Below are positions 18,127-26,348 of a DNA stretch of 52,608 nucleotides, piece after piece. Origin of the DNA: Candidatus Woesearchaeota archaeon (GTDB taxonomy: Archaea > Nanobdellota > Nanobdellia > Woesearchaeales > GW2011-AR4); NCBI GenBank assembly GCA_019323655.1, contig JAHWGX010000072.1, positions 1 to 52,608 on the forward strand, read 5' to 3'. The notes under the pieces are model-generated. The model was not told the DNA's origin. It did no database searches and worked only from the letters and a program-made list of their open reading frames with translations. A program made the translations under genes and the position numbers. Within the stretch, counting starts at the first letter, position 1. Each line of letters begins with the position of its first letter.

Positions 18127-18420
18127 CTAAACCAAGACCCTCTCAAACTCTTCAACTCTAAAATTTCTTACTTTAATTCCCTCTTTTCTCAATAAAGCTT
18201 CTTTCTTCCTCAGACCGGAAGCAAAGCCGGTTAAATGCCCGTTGCTTCCTACAACCCTGTGGCATGGAACATCAGAAAAAGGGTTTTTGTTCAAAGCCAT
18301 GCCAACTGCCCTGTACGCTTTGATTCCCATCTTCTTTGCAATAGCTTTGTAAGTAGTTGCCTTTCCTTTAGGGACTTTTTTGCACAAAGCATAAACTCTT
18401 TTCTGAAAATCAGTAACCAT
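18127..18420 (-). CDS. MGMT/Ogt-family methylated-DNA-protein-cysteine methyltransferase, DNA-binding domain only
   Basis: 97 aa. Active-site PCHRVV and TTY..IA... helix-turn-helix. No N-terminal domain. Confidence 0.75.
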   Translation of the reverse strand: MVTDFQKRVYALCKKVPKGKATTYKAIAKKMGIKAYRAVGMALNKNPFSDVPCHRVVGSNGHLTGFASGLRKKEALLRKEGIKVRNFRVEEFERVLV

Positions 18421-18421
18421 C

Positions 18422-19612
18422 TTATTTTATTTCATTAATAATTTTATTCAAATTATTCTTATTAACATTATTCTTATACTTCTTGGCTAACCCAATCATT
18501 TTTTCATTATCAATTTTTATTTTATTTTTCCTCAACAACCCTAAAATATGCTTTGAAATCAGAAAATTGCAGAACTGGGTAACATTCTTTGGCTTCAATG
18601 AATAATGGGCCCTTTCAAAATCTATTAAGACAGGCCTGTTTTTCTTGTCAATGATTATATGCTTGGGAGGGTGGGACATTTCCTCTTTGTTGATTCTTAA
18701 TTTATCCATAAAAAACAGCTGTTCAAAAATATTTTTCAAAACTTTTTTTATATTTACTCTGGCATTATTTTTCAGATAATCTATAATAAAATCTCCATCT
18801 ATATACTCATAAATTAAATAATCTTCATAGGAAAACAGCAATTTTGGTCCAATATCTTTTTTATTCAATTTTTTTAAAAAATCAGCTTCGTTCTTTATTC
18901 TCCCTATAGCTTTGCTGTCTGGCCTTTTGGCTTTTACCACTATTTTTTTATTTCCGTAATCTCCAGAAAATAATATTCCCCTTTTTCCCCGGTTAAAATA
19001 TTTTATATTCTTTATATTATTTCTCTCTAATTTTTTTAATAAGGGAGATTTTTCTATTAAATAAGCATACAAATCCTCAAAGAAAATGTGTTTTTTCTCC
19101 AGTTCCTTAAACTCCAATAAATTATGCCCAATAAAACCGTTAATTTTGTTTTTATCCGTAAGGGAAGAGAAAACAATTAAGATAATTCCTTCAGGATTAA
19201 GGTAATTATTAGCTTCATTAAGAAACTTCTCCAAAACCTCATAGCCTTTTTTCCCTCCCTCTAGTGTCAGGTCTTTAAGTTTGAGCTCCTGCGGCAAATA
19301 AGGCGGGTTAAATATTATTGTGTCAAATTTTTTGTTTTTAAGGCTTTCATTTTTTTCAAATATTTCAAACAGATCAGAAGTAAAAAATTTAATTTTCTTG
19401 TTTTTAATATTATTTTTGTTGTGCTGAATTGCCTCATCCTGTATATCTGTTGCAATAACTTCTTTGACTTTTTTTGATTTTACTGCTGCTAATGCCTGCA
19501 CTCCAGAGCCTGTGCCAATGTCCAGCACAGAGCCTTTGGCGTATTTTCCGGCATAATGCTCAAGCAGCATGCTGTCTTCCATCGGCTCATATAAAAAAGT
19601 TTTATTTTCCAT
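18422..19612 (-). CDS. Fusion protein: HemK/Mtq2-like NPPY methyltransferase plus a Bud32/RIO-like kinase-fold domain
   Basis: 396 aa. N-terminal half has LDIGTGSG (SAM motif I) and IIFNPPY (motif IV). C-terminal half has NRGKRGILF, VVKAKR, NEADFLKKL, YEYIDGDF and LIDFERA, but SHPPKHIII where a kinase HxD loop is expected. Confidence 0.65.
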   Translation of the reverse strand: MENKTFLYEPMEDSMLLEHYAGKYAKGSVLDIGTGSGVQALAAVKSKKVKEVIATDIQDEAIQHNKNNIKNKKIKFFTSDLFEIFEKNESLKNKKFDTIIFNPPYLPQELKLKDLTLEGGKKGYEVLEKFLNEANNYLNPEGIILIVFSSLTDKNKINGFIGHNLLEFKELEKKHIFFEDLYAYLIEKSPLLKKLERNNIKNIKYFNRGKRGILFSGDYGNKKIVVKAKRPDSKAIGRIKNEADFLKKLNKKDIGPKLLFSYEDYLIYEYIDGDFIIDYLKNNARVNIKKVLKNIFEQLFFMDKLRINKEEMSHPPKHIIIDKKNRPVLIDFERAHYSLKPKNVTQFCNFLISKHILGLLRKNKIKIDNEKMIGLAKKYKNNVNKNNLNKIINEIK

Positions 19613-19619
19613 TATTTTA

Positions 19620-19703
19620 TGGACCTGCTGGGATTCGAACCCAGAGCCTCACCCTGACTCTCAAAGAAGCGAGGGGTGCATTCTACCATTGAACTACAGG
19701 CCC
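19620..19703 (-). tRNA. tRNA-Ala(CGC) candidate with a 12-nt insertion in the anticodon loop (putative mini-intron)
   Basis: Minus strand reads GGGCCTG-TA-GTTC-AATGGTA-GAAT-G-CACCC-[CTCGCTTCTTTGAGAGTCA]-GGGTG-AGGCT-CTGGG-TTCGAAT-CCCAG-CAGGTCC-A. All four stems pair. G3:U70 and A73 fit Ala identity. The loop is 19 nt instead of 7. CCA is not encoded. Confidence 0.75.
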
Positions 19704-20453
19704 TTTAAGGAGTTTTTCTTTGAAGGGCTTAATGATATTTAAAAACTTATTTACTTCTTTCTTGGTTATACGAATTACATACAAAGGTTTACGATTTATT
19801 TTATCCCTACAAATGCATGTGTGTGTTATACTTAATTCCTGTAATATAAGACTTATTTGTTTTGCCAGTTCTTTGGAGGTAGTATAATAAAATATTCTAA
19901 CTGCTTTGTCATGCCGATCATAAAGGACAGAACCGTCTGTATCAACAAGTCCTTTGATAAATCCTAATTTGAATTTAAGGGGGATATTTATACTTCTTAG
20001 TCTTACAGTACAATGCTTGATTTTCGGATTATATTCAATGTAATTTTTGAAATAGTAAAAAATATCTTTAGAGTAAATAAGAAGTCTAATAGTTCCATCA
20101 TTTGATTTGGCCAATCTGAAATTTTTATTGAAGTAATCATGATACAATTGCCTAACATATTCTGCATATATTGTATTATGACCGCCGAAATGAATAGTGA
20201 CTTGATAATGACCTCTTTTTTTGACTAAAAATTGACTCCCATCTCCAGCAAAGATACCTACAATTTCTCCCTCAGTTCCTGAAAAATTTGGCTTAACATA
20301 TGGTGGGGCATATCTCTTGCCTTTAACTTTTTTGTAATAGTAATATATGGTTGATTTATAAACCCCTAAAAACTGGGATATTTTGTTAATAGATGTTCCA
20401 TTATTAATTTGATTAACAATTTCTTTTTTTAATTCTAAACTTAATCTAGTCAT
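19683..20453 (-). CDS. Free-standing HTH + double-motif LAGLIDADG homing endonuclease-like protein
   Basis: 256 aa. N-terminal HTH (SINKISQFLGVYKSTIYYYY); LAGLIDADG motifs VGIFAGDGS and IKGLVDTDGS. The last 21 nt and the stop codon lie inside the tRNA 5' end. Confidence 0.8.
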   Translation of the reverse strand: MTRLSLELKKEIVNQINNGTSINKISQFLGVYKSTIYYYYKKVKGKRYAPPYVKPNFSGTEGEIVGIFAGDGSQFLVKKRGHYQVTIHFGGHNTIYAEYVRQLYHDYFNKNFRLAKSNDGTIRLLIYSKDIFYYFKNYIEYNPKIKHCTVRLRSINIPLKFKLGFIKGLVDTDGSVLYDRHDKAVRIFYYTTSKELAKQISLILQELSITHTCICRDKINRKPLYVIRITKKEVNKFLNIIKPFKEKLLKGPVVQW

Positions 20454-20668
20454 TTTTATTAACCTCCTAAGTTTTTTATTTTCTTTAAAACTTCGAAGCT
20501 ACAGAAAAAGAGAATTTTAAGCGAAACTGTGTAAAAGGATTTCGCTGGTAAGCGAAATACTTAATTTGGCAGTTTTGTGTGTTCCCTTTTTTCAATTTAA
20601 TAGAACAAGTTACTTATAAACCTCACGCGTGAATGTCCAGTGGTTTTTTGTCCAGTGCCTTTTGATTT

Positions 20669-21196
20669 TTATTTTTTTAATTTATCTATAACCATCTGGA
20701 CAAGCTTCTCAGGCTCCGAGGAATAAATAACCTCCTCTTTTTCATTGTTTTTATTGCATATCTCTGCAATTCCCCTTATTACTGAGGTTATCCCTCCGGA
20801 ATTTTCCAGTATCCCTATTACCTTGCTGCAATGGAACGCAATTGTAAACTCATTCAGGCTTCCTGTCTGGCCGGAAATTATTATTATTGCATCAGCTTCC
20901 ATGACCAGGGGAAAATTCCTTTGGGGTATTCCCAGGCCGGTGTATTTAATTTCCGTAAACTTCTCTGTTGGAAAAAAGTATTTGCCCGTATGCTCTTTTT
21001 CGTCTTTTGCAGGGCTTATTCCAACAGCTTTGCCTTTAACAGAAAATGCGCCTTTAACAGCTTCATAAGGATAGCCCTTCCCAGCCCCGGTCAGCAGCAA
21101 AGCTTTTCTTTCAGCAATGGACTTTCCTACAGCAAATGCCTTTTCGGCTATTTTATTGTCCGCAGCAAATCCGGAGCCGCAAACTGCTATTTTCAT
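20669..21196 (-). CDS. LOG/TIGR00725-like Rossmann-fold protein (function uncertain)
   Basis: 175 aa. MKIAVCGSG..., LLTGAGKGYPYEA..., ISGQTGSLNEF resembles the LOG-family PGGxGTxxE motif. Confidence 0.45.
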   Translation of the reverse strand: MKIAVCGSGFAADNKIAEKAFAVGKSIAERKALLLTGAGKGYPYEAVKGAFSVKGKAVGISPAKDEKEHTGKYFFPTEKFTEIKYTGLGIPQRNFPLVMEADAIIIISGQTGSLNEFTIAFHCSKVIGILENSGGITSVIRGIAEICNKNNEKEEVIYSSEPEKLVQMVIDKLKK

Positions 21197-21221
21197 AGAG
21201 CCAGCAAATTAGCCAGTGCTT

Positions 21222-21542
21222 TTATTTTTTCCTCTTTTTTGTCAGGTTTTCGTTAAGGACCCTTACCTCGTTCCTCAAAAGCCTTGTTTCCTCGATGTGC
21301 TCCTTGATAATTATGCCCAATTCCTCTTTGACGCTTTCGTTGCTGTCAGTAAGGATAACCAGGAATATAAGTATCAGCCAAAGAAAAACAGAGGTTAAGA
21401 ACTGCCACGAAAGCCCCGGCTGGTTATAGTATATCCGGTTTATGAACCAGAAGCCAATAATGCCAATTATTATTCCCGTAAGGAGCAGCAGTTTCTCAAA
21501 AAATGTTGATACCTGAAATCTTTTACAAACAAACTTAAACAT
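21222..21542 (-). CDS. Small membrane protein with a C-terminal coiled-coil
   Basis: 106 aa. Two hydrophobic helices, then a charged helical tail. No family recognised. Confidence 0.4.
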   Translation of the reverse strand: MFKFVCKRFQVSTFFEKLLLLTGIIIGIIGFWFINRIYYNQPGLSWQFLTSVFLWLILIFLVILTDSNESVKEELGIIIKEHIEETRLLRNEVRVLNENLTKKRKK

Positions 21543-21599
21543 TGCAAGCCCCTCTCAATATTCTTTGTAGGTCTAATTTAAAAATGTTTACATATTTTG

Positions 21600-22298
21600 T
21601 TAATGCAGGGCCTTTACAAGCTCCTTTGCAGCCTTGTTAATGTCTTTTGCATTGTACAAAGCCCTTCCTATAATCGCATGCCAGCTTTCTCCTGCGGCTT
21701 TTGCTCCCTCTGCAATATTGCCTCCCTGCGCAATCAGGCCAGGGGAATAAAAAACAGGCTTTATTCCTCTGGCTTCCAAAAAAGCCCTGTAAAGCCTTAT
21801 TTTCTCCGGCTTGTTCCCGGGAACAACATAATCATTAATTTTTTCTCCAGCCGCAATCTCATAAATCTTTAACGGCCCTTTGTCATTGATAAATCCGCCA
21901 TCATTCCCTAAAAAGGCCTTATGCGTCATATCCCCCCCTACAATGACTCCAAGCTTTTCCTTTCTGCACGCTTTTATCCAAGCCCTCTCTGTTTCCGGGC
22001 CTGTTAACGGAAACAATATGGCAGCGTTAACACCTTTAACAGATTCTGCAAACTTTTCTCCCAGCTCAGGTATGTCCGTAGCAGCCTTCTGGTGGTCATA
22101 GATTATTGGAAGGTCGGTATATTTCCTCACCGCATCAACAACAGCAGGAATCCCGCAACGCAAACACAATTCCAAACCGATTTTGTAGGCGCCAACCCCT
22201 TCAACAGAACAGGTTTCCCTGACTAAATTTTTTAGTTTGCCTAAATCAGGAACATCGCAGCTGGGTATTATGCTTTTTTTAAGCTTTATTATTTGCAT
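21600..22298 (-). CDS. pyrF: Orotidine 5'-phosphate decarboxylase family protein
   Basis: 232 aa. OMPdecase landmarks: IPSCD, YKIG, YDHQKAATDIP (a spaced variant of DxKxxD), SPGLIAQGG, IIGRALY. Pyrimidine gene context. Confidence 0.7.
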   Translation of the reverse strand: MQIIKLKKSIIPSCDVPDLGKLKNLVRETCSVEGVGAYKIGLELCLRCGIPAVVDAVRKYTDLPIIYDHQKAATDIPELGEKFAESVKGVNAAILFPLTGPETERAWIKACRKEKLGVIVGGDMTHKAFLGNDGGFINDKGPLKIYEIAAGEKINDYVVPGNKPEKIRLYRAFLEARGIKPVFYSPGLIAQGGNIAEGAKAAGESWHAIIGRALYNAKDINKAAKELVKALH

Positions 22299-22322
22299 TT
22301 TTGTTTTGGTTTTTTTGGTACA

Positions 22323-22916
22323 TTACCTGTTTTGCTTCAAATAAATCAATATCTCATTATGCTTAGCATCATCAATTATGTTTTTTTCTTTCATATAGCT
22401 TAAAAGCTCCTTTAGTGTTATTAAAGAATGCAGTTTTATACCCTTTTCTGCAAGAGCTTCAACTCCGCCCTGCTCCCTGTCCAGAACAATAAGGACATCC
22501 TCAACAGTTCCTCCGGAATGCCTTATGCCCTCAACAAACATCAGTTTTGAATAAGCGTTTGTTGCCATGTCATCAACTAAAAGTGTTTTTGCCCCTTTTT
22601 TAATAACACCCTCAATCATTTCCATTGTGCCATAGCTTTTAGGCCTCTTCCTCACATAGATCATCGGTATTTTTGTCTTTAGGGAAATGGCTGTTGCCAA
22701 AGGTATCCCTGCTGTCTCTGCCCCTGCAATAACTTCCGGCTTAAGTTTTTTTACAGCCTTGACAAGCTCTTCTGTCACAGTTGCCATGGCAACGGGGTAA
22801 GAAGGCAGGACTTTCAGGTCAACATATATCGGAGTTTTCCTCTCCATTTGCAGAGAAAACTCCCCAAATCTGACTGTGTCTGCTTCTACCAAGGCTTGCG
22901 CTACTTTTGTGTTCAT
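22323..22916 (-). CDS. Orotate phosphoribosyltransferase-like protein with an atypical PRPP loop (paralog 1)
   Basis: 197 aa type-I PRTase fold. LLVDDMATNAYSK replaces the usual DD(V/I)xT(T/S)GG(T/S). N-terminal FSLQMERKTPIYVDLK replaces F.L.SG..S..Y.D. Confidence 0.6.
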   Translation of the reverse strand: MNTKVAQALVEADTVRFGEFSLQMERKTPIYVDLKVLPSYPVAMATVTEELVKAVKKLKPEVIAGAETAGIPLATAISLKTKIPMIYVRKRPKSYGTMEMIEGVIKKGAKTLLVDDMATNAYSKLMFVEGIRHSGGTVEDVLIVLDREQGGVEALAEKGIKLHSLITLKELLSYMKEKNIIDDAKHNEILIYLKQNR

Positions 22917-23023
22917 ACCAACTGCTAGTTAGCCTGTCCATTATAAATTTTTTCATTTAGGATTTTATTTTTAGCTGAAAATTAGCAGAAAACTTAAAAA
23001 GCGCTTGAGTTTATATTAAAATT

Positions 23024-23929
23024 ATGAAAACAGGCATCTGCAATATAGAATTTAAGTCCTGCATTATGAATGCCGCTGGTCCTTTGTGCACTTGTTTAGA
23101 CGAATTGGAGTCCATAGGAAAATCTGAATCCGGGGCTATTGTTATGAAAACATGCACGTTAAAGCCCAGAGAGGGAAACCCGGAACCAAGGATTTATGAA
23201 TTTGAAAAGGGAACATTAAACTCAATAGGGTGGGCAAATTTAGGATATAAAAAATATGGGGGATTTATACCTAGGTTAAAGAAGTACAAAAAACCAATAA
23301 TTGCCAGCATAGGCGGATTTAACGAAGAGGAGTATGCTACAATTTCTAAATTTCTTGAGTCAAAAGGAGTTGACATGGTTGAATTGAATCTATCATGCCC
23401 TAATATTGAAGGCTTCCCCCCTCCTGCATTTAATATGAATCTTGCCAAAAAAATCCTAAAAAAATCAGGAAAAGGTATTGCTATACCTATGGGCGTAAAA
23501 GTTCCGCCATACTTAGACCCGGTATTCTTAAAAAAAATAGCAGGTACTTTTCTGAAGTGCAAAATTGATTTTGTGACATGCGTAAATTCTGCAGGAAACA
23601 GCCTTATTATTGATGCTAAAAAAGAGAAAAGGGTAATTGCCCCGGAATATGGTGGGCTAACTGGAGCCTCGATTAAACCGATTGCACTGGGAAATATCAG
23701 CTTATATCACCGTCTTTTTAAGGGAAAAATTCCAATAATAGGGGTAGGGGGAATATTTTCAGGGGAAGATGCTTTTGAGCATTTGCTGGCTGGAGCTTCT
23801 GCTGTTCAACTGGGGACAGCTTATCTAAGAGAAGGCCCTGCAGTGTTTAGGAGGATCGACAAAGAGTTGAACAGCATCATGGAAAGTAAAGGCTATAATG
23901 AAGTAAGTGCGGTTACCGGTAAAATTTGA
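23024..23929 (+). CDS. pyrD: Dihydroorotate dehydrogenase, class 1 (1A-like, no adjacent PyrK)
   Basis: 301 aa. NAAGP, ELNLSCPNIEG (catalytic Cys), GGLTG..IKP, GVGGI.SGEDA. Confidence 0.8.
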   Translation: MKTGICNIEFKSCIMNAAGPLCTCLDELESIGKSESGAIVMKTCTLKPREGNPEPRIYEFEKGTLNSIGWANLGYKKYGGFIPRLKKYKKPIIASIGGFNEEEYATISKFLESKGVDMVELNLSCPNIEGFPPPAFNMNLAKKILKKSGKGIAIPMGVKVPPYLDPVFLKKIAGTFLKCKIDFVTCVNSAGNSLIIDAKKEKRVIAPEYGGLTGASIKPIALGNISLYHRLFKGKIPIIGVGGIFSGEDAFEHLLAGASAVQLGTAYLREGPAVFRRIDKELNSIMESKGYNEVSAVTGKI

Positions 23930-23935
23930 AATAAA

Positions 23936-24538
23936 ATGCAGCTAAAGGAATTAAAGCAGCAGTATGTAGAAGCAGTTTATGAAACTAAGTCCCTGCTAAT
24001 TAAAGAACAGCCGTTTGATCTTAAGTCAGGCGGAAAGAGCCATATTTATCTGAACCACAGGAATTTTTTGTCTGATTACAGATATTTGGGATTGGTAGCT
24101 AATATTTACTTGAAAGTGCTAGAAAAAAAAGTAAAGGGCTACAAATTATGTGCTGTTGATTCTGTTATGAGCCCAATAATAACCGGCGCAATGAGCATTT
24201 TGGGCAAAAAAGATGTAGTGATGGTTAAAGGTAAAAAATTGGAGCATGGAACCAAAGAGGACATCTATGGAGAAATTTGTGGTGAGGTTGTGATTATTGA
24301 CGATATGAGCTCCACTGGCGGAACTTTAATAGAAGCTGCAAAGAAGCTAAGGGAAAATGGGGGGCTTGTAAATTATGCTGTAGTAAGTGCTTGCAGGGAT
24401 GAAACAGCTGAGAAAAATCTTGGAAAAGAAGGGATTGAATTGCTAAGCATTGCCGGCTTCAAAGAGATAATTGAACTTTTAATGCCCCGTTTAACAGCCA
24501 AAGAAAAAGATTTAGTCAGAAGGGAATATGGCGGATAG
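23936..24538 (+). CDS. Orotate phosphoribosyltransferase-like protein (paralog 2)
   Basis: 200 aa. FDLKSGGKSHIYLN (the F.L.SG..S..Y pattern) and a canonical PRPP loop VVIIDDMSSTGGTL. Confidence 0.65.
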   Translation: MQLKELKQQYVEAVYETKSLLIKEQPFDLKSGGKSHIYLNHRNFLSDYRYLGLVANIYLKVLEKKVKGYKLCAVDSVMSPIITGAMSILGKKDVVMVKGKKLEHGTKEDIYGEICGEVVIIDDMSSTGGTLIEAAKKLRENGGLVNYAVVSACRDETAEKNLGKEGIELLSIAGFKEIIELLMPRLTAKEKDLVRREYGG

Positions 24539-24540
24539 AG

Positions 24541-25173
24541 TTACCTCCCCCACCCTTCCGGATTTTTTGACCACTCCAGTACCTTTTCCTTTTCATCATC
24601 TCTTATATAATTTTCCTTGGTGGCTGCTTTAACCAAAGTCGTAAAATCTGTCAGAGTTGCTATCTTAACATTTAACCTTTCAAAAGATTGTCTTGCTTTA
24701 TCAAGCTCGTAGGTAAAGATTGCTAAACAGTAATTTACCTTGCAGCCTGCTGACCTCACTGCCTCTACACCATTTATTGAAGAGCCTCCTGTTGATATTA
24801 AATCCTCTATGATAACAACAGTTTTTCCTTTGTCAAGTTTTCCTTCTATAAGGTTTTCCTTTCCGTGATCTTTTTCTTTTTTTCTTATATAGACCATCGG
24901 AATATTAAGCTCTTCAGCAATCCAGGCTGCGTAAGGGATACCGGAAGTTGCTATGCCTGCAATCACATCAACTTTTATTTTATTGCCTTTTATCAGTTTT
25001 ATAAAAGCGCTGATAATTTTTTTTCTTTCTTTTGGGTAGGACATAATAAGTCTGTTATCTGTGTATATTGGAGCCAAAATTCCTGACACCCACTTGTAAG
25101 GCGGATTGGTTCTTAAGCTGACTGCCTTTATTTTCAGTAGAATTTTGCTGATTTCTTCTTTATCCATAATCAA
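24541..25173 (-). CDS. pyrE: Orotate phosphoribosyltransferase (Bacillus-type, paralog 3)
   Basis: 210 aa. YKWVSGILAPIYTDNR and VVIIEDLISTGGSS. Co-directional with pyrC and overlaps it by 14 nt. Confidence 0.8.
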   Translation of the reverse strand: MIMDKEEISKILLKIKAVSLRTNPPYKWVSGILAPIYTDNRLIMSYPKERKKIISAFIKLIKGNKIKVDVIAGIATSGIPYAAWIAEELNIPMVYIRKKEKDHGKENLIEGKLDKGKTVVIIEDLISTGGSSINGVEAVRSAGCKVNYCLAIFTYELDKARQSFERLNVKIATLTDFTTLVKAATKENYIRDDEKEKVLEWSKNPEGWGR

Positions 25174-26347
25174 CCTCCTTTCCCCTTATTTTATTAATCT
25201 TTCCGTTTTCAAAAATGATATTTCCATTTGCTATTGTCATTGAAGGCCAGCCTTTTAGCTTCCATCCGTTGAAGGGGCTCCACCCGCATTTCGTAAAAAG
25301 CTCATCGTTACTGACCTCCTTTTCCATATCCAGATCAACGATTGTTAAATCAGCATCAAAACCTTCCTTAATAAAACCTTTGTTTTTTATCTTAAATATT
25401 CTTGCAGGATTTTCGCAGCATAGCTGGACCAGTTTTTTTAATGTTAATTTTTTTTCACTTACTGCATTTAACAGCAATGGAAGCATTGTCTCGCATCCAG
25501 GAACTCCATACGGATAATTTACCTCGAGCTTCTCTTCTTTGGTATGCGGCGCATGGTCTGTTGCTATTGCATCCACATTCCCGTTATGGATTCCTTCCCA
25601 CAGCGCCTTTTGGTCTTTTTCTGCCTTTAGATGGGGCTTCACTTCCCCAAAGCTTCCAAGCTCGTTCAAGTCTTTTGCAGTAAGAAAAAGGTAGTGGGGG
25701 CATGTTTCAACAAATGCGCTGCTTTTTTTACCCTCCCTCGCATAATGAAGCTCTTCTTCTGAGCTTATGTGGCAAAAATATAAATTACTGTTTGACTGCA
25801 GCTCTAATGCCTGCAGTATATTCTCATTTTCTGCATGCACTGCAACTGTCTTTCCGCAGGAGAATATATTTTTTAATGCATTAGGGTTGTCAATTTTCAA
25901 GTTTGCAGTAGTGGAGCCCATATAAACCTTTACTGTTGCAACACAAGCTGCTTTTTTTATCTCTGCTATATTGTCGTCAGTAGAGCCAAAATGAAAGCCA
26001 TAGTTGACAATGCTTTTTTTTGCAAGCCTCCTTTTTTCATCGAGCCTCTGCAGATTGGTTGTAGGAGGCAGGGTATTAGGCATATCCAGTATAGTTGTAA
26101 TTCCGCCTGCAGCCGCAGCCATGCTTCCTGTAAGAAAATCCTCTTTATGGGTCAATCCTGGCTCCCTAAAATGAACATGCCCGTCAATTAATCCCGGGAT
26201 TATTATCTTGTTTTTTGCATTAACGACCTTGTCAGCCTTTAATTCCTGCCCGGTTATCTTTGTTATTTTATTGTCTTTAATAAAAATATTTTTCTTGATT
26301 AAAGCATAGTCCTTGTACACTTTTCCATTTTTTATTAAGAGGGACAT
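25160..26347 (-). CDS. pyrC: Dihydroorotase
   Basis: 395 aa. Amidohydrolase metal motif IDGHVHFREPG; later VHAE and ATDHAPH. Confidence 0.85.
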   Translation of the reverse strand: MSLLIKNGKVYKDYALIKKNIFIKDNKITKITGQELKADKVVNAKNKIIIPGLIDGHVHFREPGLTHKEDFLTGSMAAAAGGITTILDMPNTLPPTTNLQRLDEKRRLAKKSIVNYGFHFGSTDDNIAEIKKAACVATVKVYMGSTTANLKIDNPNALKNIFSCGKTVAVHAENENILQALELQSNSNLYFCHISSEEELHYAREGKKSSAFVETCPHYLFLTAKDLNELGSFGEVKPHLKAEKDQKALWEGIHNGNVDAIATDHAPHTKEEKLEVNYPYGVPGCETMLPLLLNAVSEKKLTLKKLVQLCCENPARIFKIKNKGFIKEGFDADLTIVDLDMEKEVSNDELFTKCGWSPFNGWKLKGWPSMTIANGNIIFENGKINKIRGKEVDYG

Positions 26348-26348
26348 T

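Noticed and set aside
20635-20657. Short direct repeat GTCCAGTG-N7-GTCCAGTG just downstream of the LOG-like gene
   Set aside because: It is only 8 nt long, a single pair, with no further copies seen. That is too little to call a regulatory site.
17000-21000. Looked for a CRISPR array or cas genes near the Cas4-like nuclease
   Set aside because: No regularly spaced direct repeats and no other cas-like ORFs were seen anywhere in the window.
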